The position numbers were made by a program, and so were the translations under genes. Below the pieces are notes generated by a model. It was not told the origin of the DNA. It did no database searches and worked only from the letters and a program-made list of their open reading frames with translations. A stretch of 64,000 bases of DNA from a virus, in IMG/VR virus record IMGVR_UViG_3300045988_180880, positions 32,001-96,000 of that record; one strand, given 5' to 3'. Positions 18,633 through 28,787 of the stretch are shown one piece after another; positions within the stretch are counted from its first letter, which is position 1; every line of letters begins with the position of its first letter.

Positions 18633-19153
18633 ATTTATTATTAGTTTATGCAAATGATCTATATAGATATATTGCTAAGAAACTTGGAGAAGATTATGAG
18701 CCAAAAAATTTAATTGGTCTTTTAGGATGGTTAGACGAACATAACGTAATAATACATATCCAACCAGAATTTTATAGTCAAGGTATAAATTGGAATTGGC
18801 AAATTTCATTTTATAATCCAGAAACTTTTGATGATCCAGATCTTATGGATGGAACTGGATTATATGGAGATAATGGAGAATATCCTACTAGAGGAAAAGC
18901 TATGTGTTGTAGTATTGTTAGAGCACTAGAATTATATATCCTTGAGATGATAGATTCTGAAGAAATTCTAGGCGATTACAAACTTCCAATGCCTTCTGGA
19001 ACAACAGTACAAGATCTCTTAATTTACATGATAAGAAATCAATATTCTGTAACAGTAGATGAAAAATGGTCGGAAATGAAAAGAAAATCTATTAATGAAT
19101 ACTTTAATTACTTAAAAGAAAGGATAATAGAATGTTGGGAAAAAGTTGTCTAG
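18614..19153 (+). CDS. hypothetical protein
   Basis: ORF track. Confidence 0.5.
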   Translation: MEKERLDLLLVYANDLYRYIAKKLGEDYEPKNLIGLLGWLDEHNVIIHIQPEFYSQGINWNWQISFYNPETFDDPDLMDGTGLYGDNGEYPTRGKAMCCSIVRALELYILEMIDSEEILGDYKLPMPSGTTVQDLLIYMIRNQYSVTVDEKWSEMKRKSINEYFNYLKERIIECWEKVV

Positions 19154-19326
19154 GATGTTTTATGTTCTTGGTAATAATGTTCTTAGGATGTTTATTCCTA
19201 GGATTTATAACTAAGATTGTATTCGCGCTATCAGTAGGAGTATTTATTCTTACAGCATATATCATTGGAATAATTTTTATGGCTTTCGTGATTTATAATG
19301 CAATTAAATTTTTACTTACATCATGA
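19132..19326 (+). CDS. small membrane protein
   Basis: ORF track; almost entirely hydrophobic. Confidence 0.45.
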   Translation: MLGKSCLGCFMFLVIMFLGCLFLGFITKIVFALSVGVFILTAYIIGIIFMAFVIYNAIKFLLTS

Positions 19327-19490
19327 AATGGAGAAATTTTATACAAGATTTAGTTCTGATAATTATTGGAGTTATTCTTTCAATAATTCCAGAAAAATCA
19401 GAATTTACAGAGATGCTAACTACATTCTTCATAACAGGAGGAGTTATTAAATTAATTTGGGATTTTATAGTAAACAGTGATGAAGATTAA
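19323..19490 (+). CDS. small membrane protein (55 aa)
   Basis: ATG 19323 overlaps previous stop (ATGA); MKWRNFIQDLVLIIIGVILSII..; below ORF-track cutoff. Confidence 0.4.
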   Translation: MKWRNFIQDLVLIIIGVILSIIPEKSEFTEMLTTFFITGGVIKLIWDFIVNSDED

Positions 19491-19492
19491 TT

Positions 19493-19777
19493 ATGGAAAC
19501 TATAGAAATAAATTATAAATATAAACCTGGAACAAGATTATATCGAGTTACTTATGGAGAGCTTAAGTATTATGATGTTGAATGTGTAGATATAAAATTA
19601 TCATTAAATCGAGATGAACCGCTTATAACATATCAACTCAGAGTTAATAATTCATCTGGAAATAGAGATACATCTTGGGATTTTGAAATAGATAAATACT
19701 ATTCATTAACCCCAGAAGAAGCTTTAAAGAAACATTCAGCGGAGTTATTAGAAAAATTTAATTCTAAAGATAAATGA
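19493..19777 (+). CDS. hypothetical protein
   Basis: ORF track. Confidence 0.5.
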   Translation: METIEINYKYKPGTRLYRVTYGELKYYDVECVDIKLSLNRDEPLITYQLRVNNSSGNRDTSWDFEIDKYYSLTPEEALKKHSAELLEKFNSKDK

Positions 19778-20142
19778 CGATTATAGTAATTATATTCTCA
19801 ATAATAATATGTCTAATAGGAGTTTATTTTCTCTTAATTGAGACTAGAAGAATAAGAAAATGGCTAGGAATTGGACTAATTCTTATCACAGCGTGTATTG
19901 TATCTACTATTTATACTGAATGGGTAAATAATAGAGTATTTCAGTATTATACACTTAAGATTACTCTCAAAGATAATACCGAAAAAGTCATAGAGTACGT
20001 TAAAGCCTCTGAGTTATCTATACGATTTGCTGAGGATTCAACTATTATAGTTTGTGATACTATTCCTAGTGTAGTAAAAATAGAATTAATTGAAGTAAAA
20101 CAAAAACGTTATGGAGAAGTACATAAGAACGCTAATTTCTAA
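19774..20142 (+). CDS. membrane protein
   Basis: ORF track; two N-terminal TM segments. Confidence 0.5.
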   Translation: MTIIVIIFSIIICLIGVYFLLIETRRIRKWLGIGLILITACIVSTIYTEWVNNRVFQYYTLKITLKDNTEKVIEYVKASELSIRFAEDSTIIVCDTIPSVVKIELIEVKQKRYGEVHKNANF

Positions 20143-20557
20143 AGGAATGTCCAGAATAGAGGCTGAAATGTTTATAGACGGATTAACAAAAGTTATTCTA
20201 GAAAAAAGAGAACCAGAACCAATTAAAGCAATATTTCCTACATACTATAAAATTAAAACAATAGATTCAAATACTAATGAAGATCTTGGTTTCATAAAGT
20301 TTGATGTAGGATTTGATGCTAAATTTTTTGATTATGATACTGCCAAAAAAATTTGTACATATTTAAATGAACATGATATATACAGACAATTAGATTCAAT
20401 CGATGCTGTAAATTATAATAAAAAACCATGGTTAACTATAACTCGCGATTGGAGATCTTATGTGAAATATATTACAAATGAAGGTAATGTTTTTTATATA
20501 GAAGTGAATTGGAAGATAGGACAAGCAAGTTGGAAAATAGTACCATTTTATGATTAG
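20111..20557 (+). CDS. hypothetical protein (N-terminus paralogous to 20629..21078)
   Basis: MEKYIRTLISKGMSRIEAEMFIDGLTKVILEK vs MEKYLEKLKALGVKDEEAAKNLLREIINDIQEK. Confidence 0.5.
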   Translation: MEKYIRTLISKGMSRIEAEMFIDGLTKVILEKREPEPIKAIFPTYYKIKTIDSNTNEDLGFIKFDVGFDAKFFDYDTAKKICTYLNEHDIYRQLDSIDAVNYNKKPWLTITRDWRSYVKYITNEGNVFYIEVNWKIGQASWKIVPFYD

Positions 20558-20628
20558 AATATTACTCTGTGGGTTAGCAATCCTATTTGTAATTGGAATT
20601 TGGACTATAGAATTTATACAAAGATTAT

Positions 20629-21078
20629 ATGGAAAAATACTTGGAAAAATTAAAAGCGCTTGGAGTAAAAGATGAAGAAGCTGCCAAGAATCTACTTAGA
20701 GAAATAATCAATGATATTCAAGAAAAAGACATCATACATTTGATCATTTATTACCAAACAGGAAGTTCTTTTGAAACGCATAATGATGTAGATATTATTG
20801 ATTATCCTTGGAATAATATATCTATCGCAAAAGAAAATGAAGAAGCAATTCGACAGCATTATAAATTTGCAATGGATTTAGAATATATATGTACTTCTGA
20901 ATCAAGAGAAAAACTTAAAAAAGAAGCTGCTAAGAATTGGTGGTATGTAGAAGGACAATACAGTAGATATTCTCTGAAGTTAAAGAAAAATGATGGAACT
21001 TTCTTTACTTATAGTACTCCATGGATTGGCTACTTTGAACGTTTAAATGACATAGAAATAAAAATTTGTAACAGTTAA
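20629..21078 (+). CDS. hypothetical protein
   Basis: ORF track; see 20111..20557. Confidence 0.5.
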   Translation: MEKYLEKLKALGVKDEEAAKNLLREIINDIQEKDIIHLIIYYQTGSSFETHNDVDIIDYPWNNISIAKENEEAIRQHYKFAMDLEYICTSESREKLKKEAAKNWWYVEGQYSRYSLKLKKNDGTFFTYSTPWIGYFERLNDIEIKICNS

Positions 21079-21143
21079 TAATATTAACTACACTAGTCTA
21101 TTATGGATTGGTGTAGTTATTTATTTTGCTCCTTTAATAGGAT

Positions 21144-21159
21144 GAGAATCTTATATGTG
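21144..21159 (+). promoter_or_regulatory. phage promoter-like motif
   Basis: gagaatcttatatgtg, 37 nt before ATG 21196. Confidence 0.45.
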
Positions 21160-21195
21160 AAAGAAAATATTTTTATTAATTAAAACAATAAAATT

Positions 21196-21927
21196 ATGTT
21201 AGAATTTAAACCAGAAAAAGAATTAACAACATTAGACAAGTACAAAAAGTTATATGGTTTCTATGAGGGAAATCTAAATTATGTCCCTAGAGGGGGAGAT
21301 CTAACAAAACATATTGGATCTTCTTTAGCATTAATTGATTATTCTAGAGATGAAACTGGAAGATGGGACTATTCTCTTAAAGAAGTAAAAGTTGAGGATA
21401 TAACTGATTATGATCCTATGACTACAACTTCGATTATTAAATATAAAATAATTGGAGAAGAGGAAGTCAAAGAAGCTAGAATTATTCCGGAAGGTTTTAG
21501 TTTTGAAAGTCCAGAAGAAACGGGTAAATCATTAAGATTTCTTCCGTTATCAATGCATTTTAAAGTTCAGGAAGAGAAAGCTTTTTATGATAGACTTTTA
21601 GCGAAGTTTGATAATGCTAAAACACTATCCATTGAAGCTCTTGAAAATCTATCAAACTCTAAAGAACAACCAGAACTTCTAGGACGTAATTATAATATTG
21701 CAGCAGTAATTAAAACTGATGAAGAGACTCCAGAAATTCTATACTTTAGAATTGATAAACTAAAATTAAAACACAATAAACAAGATAATTATGCGATTAC
21801 TTTAACTAACGAAGATAAAGATAAAACATATACATTCTTGATTGATTCTAAAGCAGAGTCTTATGAATTCTCTTATGGAAAAGAAAAAATAGGAGATCTT
21901 AAAATCTTAGATCTCCAAAAATTATAA
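21196..21927 (+). CDS. hypothetical protein
   Basis: ORF track. Confidence 0.5.
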   Translation: MLEFKPEKELTTLDKYKKLYGFYEGNLNYVPRGGDLTKHIGSSLALIDYSRDETGRWDYSLKEVKVEDITDYDPMTTTSIIKYKIIGEEEVKEARIIPEGFSFESPEETGKSLRFLPLSMHFKVQEEKAFYDRLLAKFDNAKTLSIEALENLSNSKEQPELLGRNYNIAAVIKTDEETPEILYFRIDKLKLKHNKQDNYAITLTNEDKDKTYTFLIDSKAESYEFSYGKEKIGDLKILDLQKL

Positions 21928-21980
21928 AAAAAAAATAAACCCAGGCCCTATTATATAAAATAAGGCTTGGGATTTTTATT
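21927..21980. terminator. bidirectional terminator
   Basis: A-run, cccaggcc / ggcttggg stem, T-run; between convergent genes. Confidence 0.6.
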
Positions 21981-21981
21981 T

Positions 21982-22569
21982 CTACACAAATAATGCTGGT
22001 TTACATCTACTTCTCCAGTCTAGAAGATAACCAGGCTCAATCTCTTCTAAAAGTGTTGAAGTTTCTTTTAATTGAATAATACAATCTAGACATAAATTTA
22101 TACCAGAATTTTTGCTTCCAAAGGCAAGATATTCTTTTTTCTCTTTTTCTAGCTGATTATATTCAAATCTAGAGCATAAATCAGACCATGCTCCTTCTTC
22201 ATACATATTTTTTCCACAAATTGCACACTCACACTGTCCTAAACCAGCAATAGGAAAAAGTTGTTCAGGATCAGTAAAAGAATGAAATAAATGTCTCATA
22301 AATCTTCTATACTGTTCTGTACGATAAGCCTCCACAAGTAATCCAATCTCTCCAAGATCTGGTTGAAGAGATCCTTGTGGATTTTTATTTTTTCTATAAG
22401 CTATAATTCTCTCTGGAAGTTGTCGATCTAAGAGTGGTCTGGGGAAAAGGTATAAATAAATTAAATTTTTCTCTTCCACGCTTAGTGTCTGATTTACCCT
22501 TAAAGAATTAATAACTTCATGTGCATCACAATCTTTTAGTTTGTCAATGTAAAATTTTAAAGAATTCAT
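21982..22569 (-). CDS. zinc-finger-like hypothetical protein
   Basis: CECAICGK ... CLDCIIQL cysteine pairs. Confidence 0.5.
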   Translation of the reverse strand: MNSLKFYIDKLKDCDAHEVINSLRVNQTLSVEEKNLIYLYLFPRPLLDRQLPERIIAYRKNKNPQGSLQPDLGEIGLLVEAYRTEQYRRFMRHLFHSFTDPEQLFPIAGLGQCECAICGKNMYEEGAWSDLCSRFEYNQLEKEKKEYLAFGSKNSGINLCLDCIIQLKETSTLLEEIEPGYLLDWRSRCKPALFV

Positions 22570-22685
22570 GGTTTTATTGTTTAATGTTAATGATAATACA
22601 TTAATAAGAGTTTGTGGGGAACAAAAAAGAGAACTTAAGATCTTCTCCTAAGTTCTCCCAACAAAACCATTTTCTTTATATTAAA

Positions 22686-22889
22686 CTACCCAAGAAAGTA
22701 TTCAGATTTTTCATAATCCTCTTTTATTTTAGGCTGTGGTGTAGTTTCTTCCAAAATCGTACTCGTAAAGATGACTTTATCTCTCTTCTTTTCACGATAT
22801 TCATCTTTATGGTGTACGTGTTGTTCACTTACAATGTCTTCTCTAACAAAGTAGTTTTCATTCTTTTCCATGTCTTTTAAGTTTTTCAT
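22686..22889 (-). CDS. hypothetical protein (67 aa)
   Basis: ORF track; preferred over the overlapping + ORF 22614..22880 because of strand context and the promoter motif at 22909-22929. Confidence 0.45.
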   Translation of the reverse strand: MKNLKDMEKNENYFVREDIVSEQHVHHKDEYREKKRDKVIFTSTILEETTPQPKIKEDYEKSEYFLG

Positions 22890-22906
22890 TTTTGTTTAAT
22901 TTTATT

Positions 22907-23233
22907 TTACATATATAAGGAAATTGGGGATTCTGAAAATACCTTAATTTCTAGTATTCTTTTAAATCCACTCTTCGGACATGGAAGTCTTGATTCTAGA
23001 ATATCAAAACTTTCCCTAAATCTAGTTCCATAAAATTCTTCAGGACTTGGATCAGGATACACCAAGAAATCTCCGGTTGGATAATATCCTTGATTTTCTC
23101 TTATGTCTAAAAGAAGAGGATTTACTTGATTTAATTCATCTAAAGATATCTCAGTAATTGATATATTTTCCTCACCTTCATCACAATCTACTTCCACAAT
23201 AAATGTATAATTGTTATTCTTCTCCAAAATCAT
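22907..23233 (-). CDS. hypothetical protein
   Basis: ORF track; coupled to Tpt1 gene. Confidence 0.5.
   Translation of the reverse strand: MILEKNNNYTFIVEVDCDEGEENISITEISLDELNQVNPLLLDIRENQGYYPTGDFLVYPDPSPEEFYGTRFRESFDILESRLPCPKSGFKRILEIKVFSESPISLYM
22909..22929 (-). promoter_or_regulatory. phage promoter-like motif
   Basis: sense ccccaatttccttatatatgt, 20 nt upstream of start 22889. Confidence 0.5.
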
Positions 23234-23747
23234 AGTCTACTCTGATTATATGTTCTGGACTAACTTTTTTCACTAGAATAACTCCATTTCCAGATATAAA
23301 CACTTCATCTTCTAATCCTTCTAAGTCTACTCTAAGTATTGCTATCTCAGGACCTCTTCGAAGAGCTACATTTCTTGCTGTCAAAGGATCTGAACTTAGA
23401 TGTACATACTCTCTACTCCCTGGAATTAATCCATCTTTAAATATACTTTCCAGAAACTTTCTTTGTGTTCCGTGGTAGACAATATTGCACCCTGTGTACT
23501 TCTTAAAATCAGCATTAATCCCTTTAACACTGTGACCTTGAAGTGCACGAATCTTTCTTAAGTCGGCCGATAATTCATAGCGCTTTTTATTATCAGTATC
23601 TACTATTTCTTTTAGTTCAGACATAGTCCAGCCATGATCAATTAACTTCTTTGTTTCTAACCAACCTTCTGAATCAAGCGCTCCTTCTACTTCGGCCGGA
23701 TTATGTCTTAGAATATATGCTAACTCTTTTCCTCTATTCTTCTTCAT
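23214..23747 (-). CDS. kptA: RNA 2'-phosphotransferase Tpt1/KptA
   Basis: LAYILRHNP..LDSEGW, IRALQGHS, VYHGT, EYVHLS, NGVILV: full set of Tpt1 blocks. Confidence 0.85.
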   Translation of the reverse strand: MKKNRGKELAYILRHNPAEVEGALDSEGWLETKKLIDHGWTMSELKEIVDTDNKKRYELSADLRKIRALQGHSVKGINADFKKYTGCNIVYHGTQRKFLESIFKDGLIPGSREYVHLSSDPLTARNVALRRGPEIAILRVDLEGLEDEVFISGNGVILVKKVSPEHIIRVDYDFGEE

Positions 23748-24300
23748 ATAATCTTCCTATTTTTATAAATTCTCCTATTAAATTTACAGCTTCAGTTATA
23801 GAGTTTCCGTCATCATATGTTGATGTTGATATTAAAATCTGTTCAGTATACTCAAGATATCCAATATTATTTATCACTCTATTCCGAATAAACCGGAAAT
23901 TTATTTCACATTTATCTAGAATTGAATTTATGTAGTTACTTTCTGGATTAATTTTAATAAGATCTTCTAAAAACCTCATAAATCTACGTTGCGTTCTACT
24001 AGTAAATTTCATTATTTTATCCAAAGGTTCTAAGTAATCTCGAAAAAGTTTTTCTAAGAAGTAGAATGAAAGCTCATCTATCTTCAGAAAATTTCCATTA
24101 CCAGTATAATATTCTACTAAATAGTTAGAGCTATCACTGAGATCTAAGCAAACTTTGAAAGGTTCCATGAGATTTACAAAAGATTCATCCTCCTGAAGAA
24201 GTTTTCTGTGAAAATACGTATCTATATCTCTACATAAACTCAGATATTCTTTATATGTTTCTTTACATATTCTTCTTAGTCTATTCACATGATCTTCCAT
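23734..24300 (-). CDS. hypothetical protein
   Basis: ORF track. Confidence 0.5.
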   Translation of the reverse strand: MEDHVNRLRRICKETYKEYLSLCRDIDTYFHRKLLQEDESFVNLMEPFKVCLDLSDSSNYLVEYYTGNGNFLKIDELSFYFLEKLFRDYLEPLDKIMKFTSRTQRRFMRFLEDLIKINPESNYINSILDKCEINFRFIRNRVINNIGYLEYTEQILISTSTYDDGNSITEAVNLIGEFIKIGRLYEEE

Positions 24301-24820
24301 ACCACCAGATTAAAAATTTTCTTAACTTTTCATCTTTCCAATTAGGTGTAAAACAATTAACAATTCTCCTTCTTATTTCTGTTCCAGAATAAGTTACATG
24401 CACATCATCTTTTTGATCAGGATAAATTTTTATATTATAGAATCCTCCATTTTCTTTATATCTCTCAGCTACAGAATCTCTAGAACCACATATATAAATT
24501 TCAGAATCTTGTGGTATTTCCTCAAGACTTTTTAAATAATTAATTCTATGATCTAGCGTTTCAACCCATTTAGGATAATTACCTAGATCACTAATTTTAA
24601 ATATTTTCATCTTTGGATAGGACTCAAGTACCATTTCTTTCCTTGCTTCAAAAGGGAGAGGATCATGTGCAGTTCTTTCTGAGTTTTTTGTTTCTCCTAT
24701 AAAAATAACTACATTATTATTTCCAAAATCTCCTCTAACTTTATCTAATAAATAGTTATGTCCTCTTGTTAGATTATCTACTTGAAATCTACCAACAATT
24801 ACTCCAATCTTAGTGCTCAT
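24281..24820 (-). CDS. nicotinamide/nicotinate mononucleotide adenylyltransferase-like (NMNAT)
   Basis: GVIVGRFQ..TRGHNYLL matches the GRFQPxHxGH nucleotidyltransferase motif; C-terminal YSGTEIRRRI matches the ISxTxIR motif. Confidence 0.65.
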   Translation of the reverse strand: MSTKIGVIVGRFQVDNLTRGHNYLLDKVRGDFGNNNVVIFIGETKNSERTAHDPLPFEARKEMVLESYPKMKIFKISDLGNYPKWVETLDHRINYLKSLEEIPQDSEIYICGSRDSVAERYKENGGFYNIKIYPDQKDDVHVTYSGTEIRRRIVNCFTPNWKDEKLRKFLIWWYGRSCE

Positions 24821-25572
24821 TTCTTTTTTCTTTTATTATATGTTCTTTTTAATACATTTGTTTTAAGATATTCTTCACAACCTGTAAAAATTCTTCCTAA
24901 TTCTGCTTTATTATCATAAGGCATAACAAATTTCCTATTCACTAAAGCAGTCGGAACCTGGTGAAGAGTATACAGAGCAGTTCCTTTAAAGAATCTAGAT
25001 CTTTCAAGTTGATATCCTACGAACCCTTTAGCCTCTCCTGATGTAGTAATTGATAAGACAAATGATATCTCTCCAACTACTTTAAAAACAATACAATAGT
25101 GAAGTATAGGTCCAATAGGAAGAAATGCTACATCACCTCTTTCAATAGTTTCAGGTCTAAGTCTTTCTATATACATCGGAAGATATTTCTCCCTAAGATC
25201 GGCTGGAATTTTCTCTTCTAACTCCTTTGATCTAGTTACTATCTCTTCTTCCCTTTGTGATATAGATTTTTCTTCAGAGTCTCCAGCCGTAAGTGAGGGA
25301 GTTATAAACTTCCGCTTAATATCTAAAATTTTTTCAATGCAATCCCTATCTTCAGGCTTTTTATACCAAATTTTAATCAAATCCATAACTTTATTACATC
25401 TAGTTCTTGTTGCCTCTGGACTAACTACTCCTGGACCAACCATGAGAAATCTAATCATCTCATCCAAACCTTCAGTAATTGTCTTCTTAATACTATTTTT
25501 GATACTCTTATAGTTATTTATTGATTTTCTAATATCACCTAATTCTGTAACAGCTTCTTTAATAGTTTCCAT
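24817..25572 (-). CDS. hypothetical protein
   Basis: ORF track. Confidence 0.5.
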   Translation of the reverse strand: METIKEAVTELGDIRKSINNYKSIKNSIKKTITEGLDEMIRFLMVGPGVVSPEATRTRCNKVMDLIKIWYKKPEDRDCIEKILDIKRKFITPSLTAGDSEEKSISQREEEIVTRSKELEEKIPADLREKYLPMYIERLRPETIERGDVAFLPIGPILHYCIVFKVVGEISFVLSITTSGEAKGFVGYQLERSRFFKGTALYTLHQVPTALVNRKFVMPYDNKAELGRIFTGCEEYLKTNVLKRTYNKRKKK

Positions 25573-25576
25573 AGAG

Positions 25577-26917
25577 TTAATTTTTCATTACTTTATCTAT
25601 TACTAATTGTTTTATATCATCTTCAGTTAAACCAAAATAATTACTAAGATTTTTAAGAATAAATACTCCTTTATAATGCTGAGTAAGATTAAGAATACTA
25701 TCTAGAGAGGTATCACTATAAATACTTTTATATTGTAAGATTCGTTTATATTCAACATTATCCTTTTCAAGTAATTTCTCTATATAGAATTCTTTTAATT
25801 TCGGATAATTTCCTAAGAAAAATTTAAGATCAATCTCAAGAATACTAAGATAATACCCATCTGTTACGTTTAAATCAACTAATGGTTTACTAGATAATGC
25901 AGAGAAATCTATAGAATCTACATGAGAAAGAGATTCAATAACATCCACAATTACATCTCTTGGGTTATAAGTATCATCTACACCTACCAAAAGTTGCTCA
26001 ATCTCTGTTCCTTTCATAGCAGTTTTCTTAATATCTAAAACTCCTCCAGTTATACCATCCCTTATATTATCTACATTTTCAAGATTTTCGGAGAAATATC
26101 CTTGAATAAAATCCTTTATATTATTATTTTTTCCTGATAATTTTTCTAAAATATTATTTCTCTTATTTATCGGAATACATAAATGTATTTCTCGATCTGA
26201 TTCAATATCTAACCAATATGAATCAAAGAAATTTAAAAATATACTTGATACCTTTTCACGTCCTCCACTATAACTGAACTGTTTGAGCGAAAAAGGTTCA
26301 ATATAACTTCCTAGATAAAGAACTAATTCCATCGGAGATAATGCATATACATATCCAGGTTTCCATTTTGTCGTTTTAGGTTTTGTTGCAATCAATTTCC
26401 CAATCTCCGTAGAATATATAAATGATTTATTTGTTGAATCTTCCTTTACTAATTTTAAACTAGGAAAACATCCAATACCTAAAGAGAAAGTTCCATGTAG
26501 ATTTCCATCAGAAACATATCTAGTATCTTGAAGAATCTTAAAAAATCCTTCAATAGCTACATAAATATAAACGTTTCGCCCTGGGAGTTTTGAATCTAAT
26601 TCATCATTTTGAATCCTTACAGCTACTCTAGGTCCACCCTCTCCATATTTAACATTATACCTTTCATATGAAGAGAAAAGTGAATTCTCTGCTAAAGATA
26701 TATGAAATCCAGAGTTAAGTACAACAACCTCAGAAATATCTTTCTCTTCCACTGTTTTGTTACCATTCAAATTGAAATTAGCTGACTTAACACTATTATA
26801 TACTTTCTTACGTGATGGTTTTGTTAAGTCCTTTTTATTTACAACTTCTGGAAACAAATCTGTTCCATGGTCAAAATAAACTAATGTTATTTCATACGGA
26901 ATATTCAAATTTTTCAT
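25577..26917 (-). CDS. hypothetical protein (446 aa)
   Basis: ORF track. Confidence 0.5.
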   Translation of the reverse strand: MKNLNIPYEITLVYFDHGTDLFPEVVNKKDLTKPSRKKVYNSVKSANFNLNGNKTVEEKDISEVVVLNSGFHISLAENSLFSSYERYNVKYGEGGPRVAVRIQNDELDSKLPGRNVYIYVAIEGFFKILQDTRYVSDGNLHGTFSLGIGCFPSLKLVKEDSTNKSFIYSTEIGKLIATKPKTTKWKPGYVYALSPMELVLYLGSYIEPFSLKQFSYSGGREKVSSIFLNFFDSYWLDIESDREIHLCIPINKRNNILEKLSGKNNNIKDFIQGYFSENLENVDNIRDGITGGVLDIKKTAMKGTEIEQLLVGVDDTYNPRDVIVDVIESLSHVDSIDFSALSSKPLVDLNVTDGYYLSILEIDLKFFLGNYPKLKEFYIEKLLEKDNVEYKRILQYKSIYSDTSLDSILNLTQHYKGVFILKNLSNYFGLTEDDIKQLVIDKVMKN

Positions 26918-26935
26918 ATTTTTTTATTTTATTTT

Positions 26936-26950
26936 ACATTTATAAGGGAC
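26936..26950 (-). promoter_or_regulatory. phage promoter-like motif (divergent pair)
   Basis: sense gtcccttataaatgt. Confidence 0.45.
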
Positions 26951-26967
26951 TTAAAGCTTTATTTATG
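26951..26967 (+). promoter_or_regulatory. phage promoter-like motif (variant)
   Basis: ttaaagctttatttatg, 27 nt before ATG 26994. Confidence 0.35.
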
Positions 26968-26993
26968 TAATAAAATTTTAATAAAGAATAATA

Positions 26994-27380
26994 ATGAAAA
27001 AGAAAATTTATTTTATTTCAGGACATAGAGATATTACTGAAAAAGAATTTAAAGAATGGTATGTTCCTCGTCTTGTAGAAGCAGCGGCCGAAGATTCAGA
27101 ATTCGTAGTAGCTGAATGTATCGGAGTTGATAGATTAGCTCAAGATTGGTTAAGAGATAATCTTAAGAATCATTCAAGAGTTACAGTTTATCATATGCTT
27201 GAAAAACCTAGATATTTAGCTTCTATGTTATTTAAAACGGCCGGAGGTTATCAAGACGATGTTCAAAGAGATTCAGCAATGACAACTATATCAACAGAAG
27301 ATATCGCATTTATTCGAAAAGGTAGATGGACTTCTGGAACCGCACAAAATATATTAAGACGTTATGAAAAAACTAATTAA
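26994..27380 (+). CDS. SLOG/DUF2493-like protein (weak)
   Basis: IYFISGHRD...AECIGVDRLAQDWL loosely resembles GGAxGADxxAxxWA of the DUF2493/YpsA-like fold. Confidence 0.4.
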   Translation: MKKKIYFISGHRDITEKEFKEWYVPRLVEAAAEDSEFVVAECIGVDRLAQDWLRDNLKNHSRVTVYHMLEKPRYLASMLFKTAGGYQDDVQRDSAMTTISTEDIAFIRKGRWTSGTAQNILRRYEKTN

Positions 27381-27642
27381 TTGCTTCTTTAAGGGTATAT
27401 TTGCAACTGTTATGATTGCAATAACTGGGCAACTTTACTGGAATTTTTATATAGTAGAGAAGTTTGGAATAGGAAAAGTAGTAGAAGATAGTTCTGTATT
27501 TATAATTGGAGCAGCTGTATTATACTCTATCTTTGCTCTCTTAACAGGAAGAAAAGATGAAGAAGTATATGAAAAATTTGATTGGATAGAATTAATATGT
27601 CTATTTATAGGAAATATATTTTTAATATATCTATTCAAATAA
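27364..27642 (+). CDS. membrane protein
   Basis: ORF track; three hydrophobic segments. Confidence 0.5.
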   Translation: MKKLINCFFKGIFATVMIAITGQLYWNFYIVEKFGIGKVVEDSSVFIIGAAVLYSIFALLTGRKDEEVYEKFDWIELICLFIGNIFLIYLFK

Positions 27643-27650
27643 AATAATCA

Positions 27651-27680
27651 AAGAGGGAGGAGACAACTTCCTCTTTTTAT
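27651..27680 (+). terminator. rho-independent terminator
   Basis: aagaggga / ttcctctt stem + T-run, abutting the promoter motif. Confidence 0.6.
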
Positions 27681-27701
27681 TCCTTAAAAGCCTTATTAAT
27701 G
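27680..27701 (+). promoter_or_regulatory. phage promoter-like motif
   Basis: ttccttaaaagccttattaatg. Confidence 0.6.
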
Positions 27702-27745
27702 ATGAGATAATAAAATATTAATGAAAAACAATAAACAAAAGTATT

Positions 27746-28231
27746 ATGAATTCAAAACAATTTATAGCAATTACAACCGGAACGGCAATAGTATCTGGTA
27801 TAGTAGGAAAACTTATAGGTAATAAAACCTGTAAGGAAAAAATGAATTATTACAAAGAAACATCTATTAAGCTTTTTCACTCTTTAGAAATCAAAGAAGA
27901 GGAGCTTAATAGATTAAAACAAGCTAATAAAGATCAAACTGAGATTATCAGAGATCTCACAGCAAAAAATGAAGAATTAAAACAAACTTACGAGATCCAA
28001 ACTAAAACTATTAAGGATCTTGTAGAAGAAAACAAAAAACTCGAAAAGAAATTAAAGGTATCAATTTCAGTAAGAGGGAAATTATTGAATAAACTTAGTA
28101 GTCTTCACAGGTTAGTTAAAAACTTAGAACCTACAGGAGACTTAATGAAACAATATCAAGAATTTATCCTTACACTGAAAAGAGAACATGATGCCATAAA
28201 AGACGAGGAAATGATGAAGGAAGGAGTTTGA
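27746..28231 (+). CDS. membrane-anchored coiled-coil protein
   Basis: N-terminal TM, K/E-rich heptad-like remainder. Confidence 0.5.
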   Translation: MNSKQFIAITTGTAIVSGIVGKLIGNKTCKEKMNYYKETSIKLFHSLEIKEEELNRLKQANKDQTEIIRDLTAKNEELKQTYEIQTKTIKDLVEENKKLEKKLKVSISVRGKLLNKLSSLHRLVKNLEPTGDLMKQYQEFILTLKREHDAIKDEEMMKEGV

Positions 28232-28250
28232 TCTCCTTTCTTTTTTTCTT
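28218..28250 (+). terminator. rho-independent terminator
   Basis: aaggag tttgat ctcctt + T-run; overlaps stop codon. Confidence 0.6.
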
Positions 28251-28253
28251 CTC

Positions 28254-28276
28254 ATCCTTTAAAAGCCTTATTAATG
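28254..28276 (+). promoter_or_regulatory. phage promoter-like motif
   Basis: atcctttaaaagccttattaatg. Confidence 0.6.
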
Positions 28277-28302
28277 TAATTAAAACTTAAAAGAAAAGAA
28301 AA

Positions 28303-28620
28303 ATGGAAAAGAATTATGAAAAACAAATATTTCCAGAAGAAGGAAATATCTTAGGGACAGTAAAATTTAAATTCCCGGGAGAAGGAGAATACAGTCTTGC
28401 TTTTAATGGCAGGAGTAGTGTTAAAATTCAAGACATAGTAAATAAAGTATGTCTAGGAAAGAGAATAAAAATAAAATTACAAAAACTCATTAAGAATAAA
28501 TTGATGAGTAGAGTAATAACTATAAAAGATACTTACGAAATGACAAATAACCTATTCGTAAGAGTATTTAATAGTGAAAAGCAATTTATCGGATTTATTC
28601 ATATTAAAAAAGAATTATAA
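28303..28620 (+). CDS. hypothetical protein
   Basis: ORF track. Confidence 0.5.
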   Translation: MEKNYEKQIFPEEGNILGTVKFKFPGEGEYSLAFNGRSSVKIQDIVNKVCLGKRIKIKLQKLIKNKLMSRVITIKDTYEMTNNLFVRVFNSEKQFIGFIHIKKEL

Positions 28621-28622
28621 TC

Positions 28623-28787
28623 ATGAAAAAGAATGAAAAAGTTTTAATTAAAGTATCTCCCAAGAATATATTTAAAGCAGGAATAGGGTTACTAGCTATT
28701 AATGAATACCGCAAGGGTGGATTTCAGGCAGGTCTATCTGTTTTAATTGGAGGAGCAATTTTAGGATGGTTATTTTTCGATGAATAA
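28623..28787 (+). CDS. small membrane protein (54 aa)
   Basis: ATG 28623, 2 nt after previous stop; MKKNEKVLIKV...GLSVLIGGAILGWLFFDE; below ORF-track cutoff. Confidence 0.4.
   Translation: MKKNEKVLIKVSPKNIFKAGIGLLAINEYRKGGFQAGLSVLIGGAILGWLFFDE

Noticed and set aside
20550-20678. 42-aa hydrophobic ORF (MIRILLCGLAILFVIGIW...) bridging 20111..20557 and 20629..21078
   Set aside because: It is plausible as a small membrane protein, but it overlaps the next gene by 50 nt in another frame and has no supporting signal. I left it out of the feature list.
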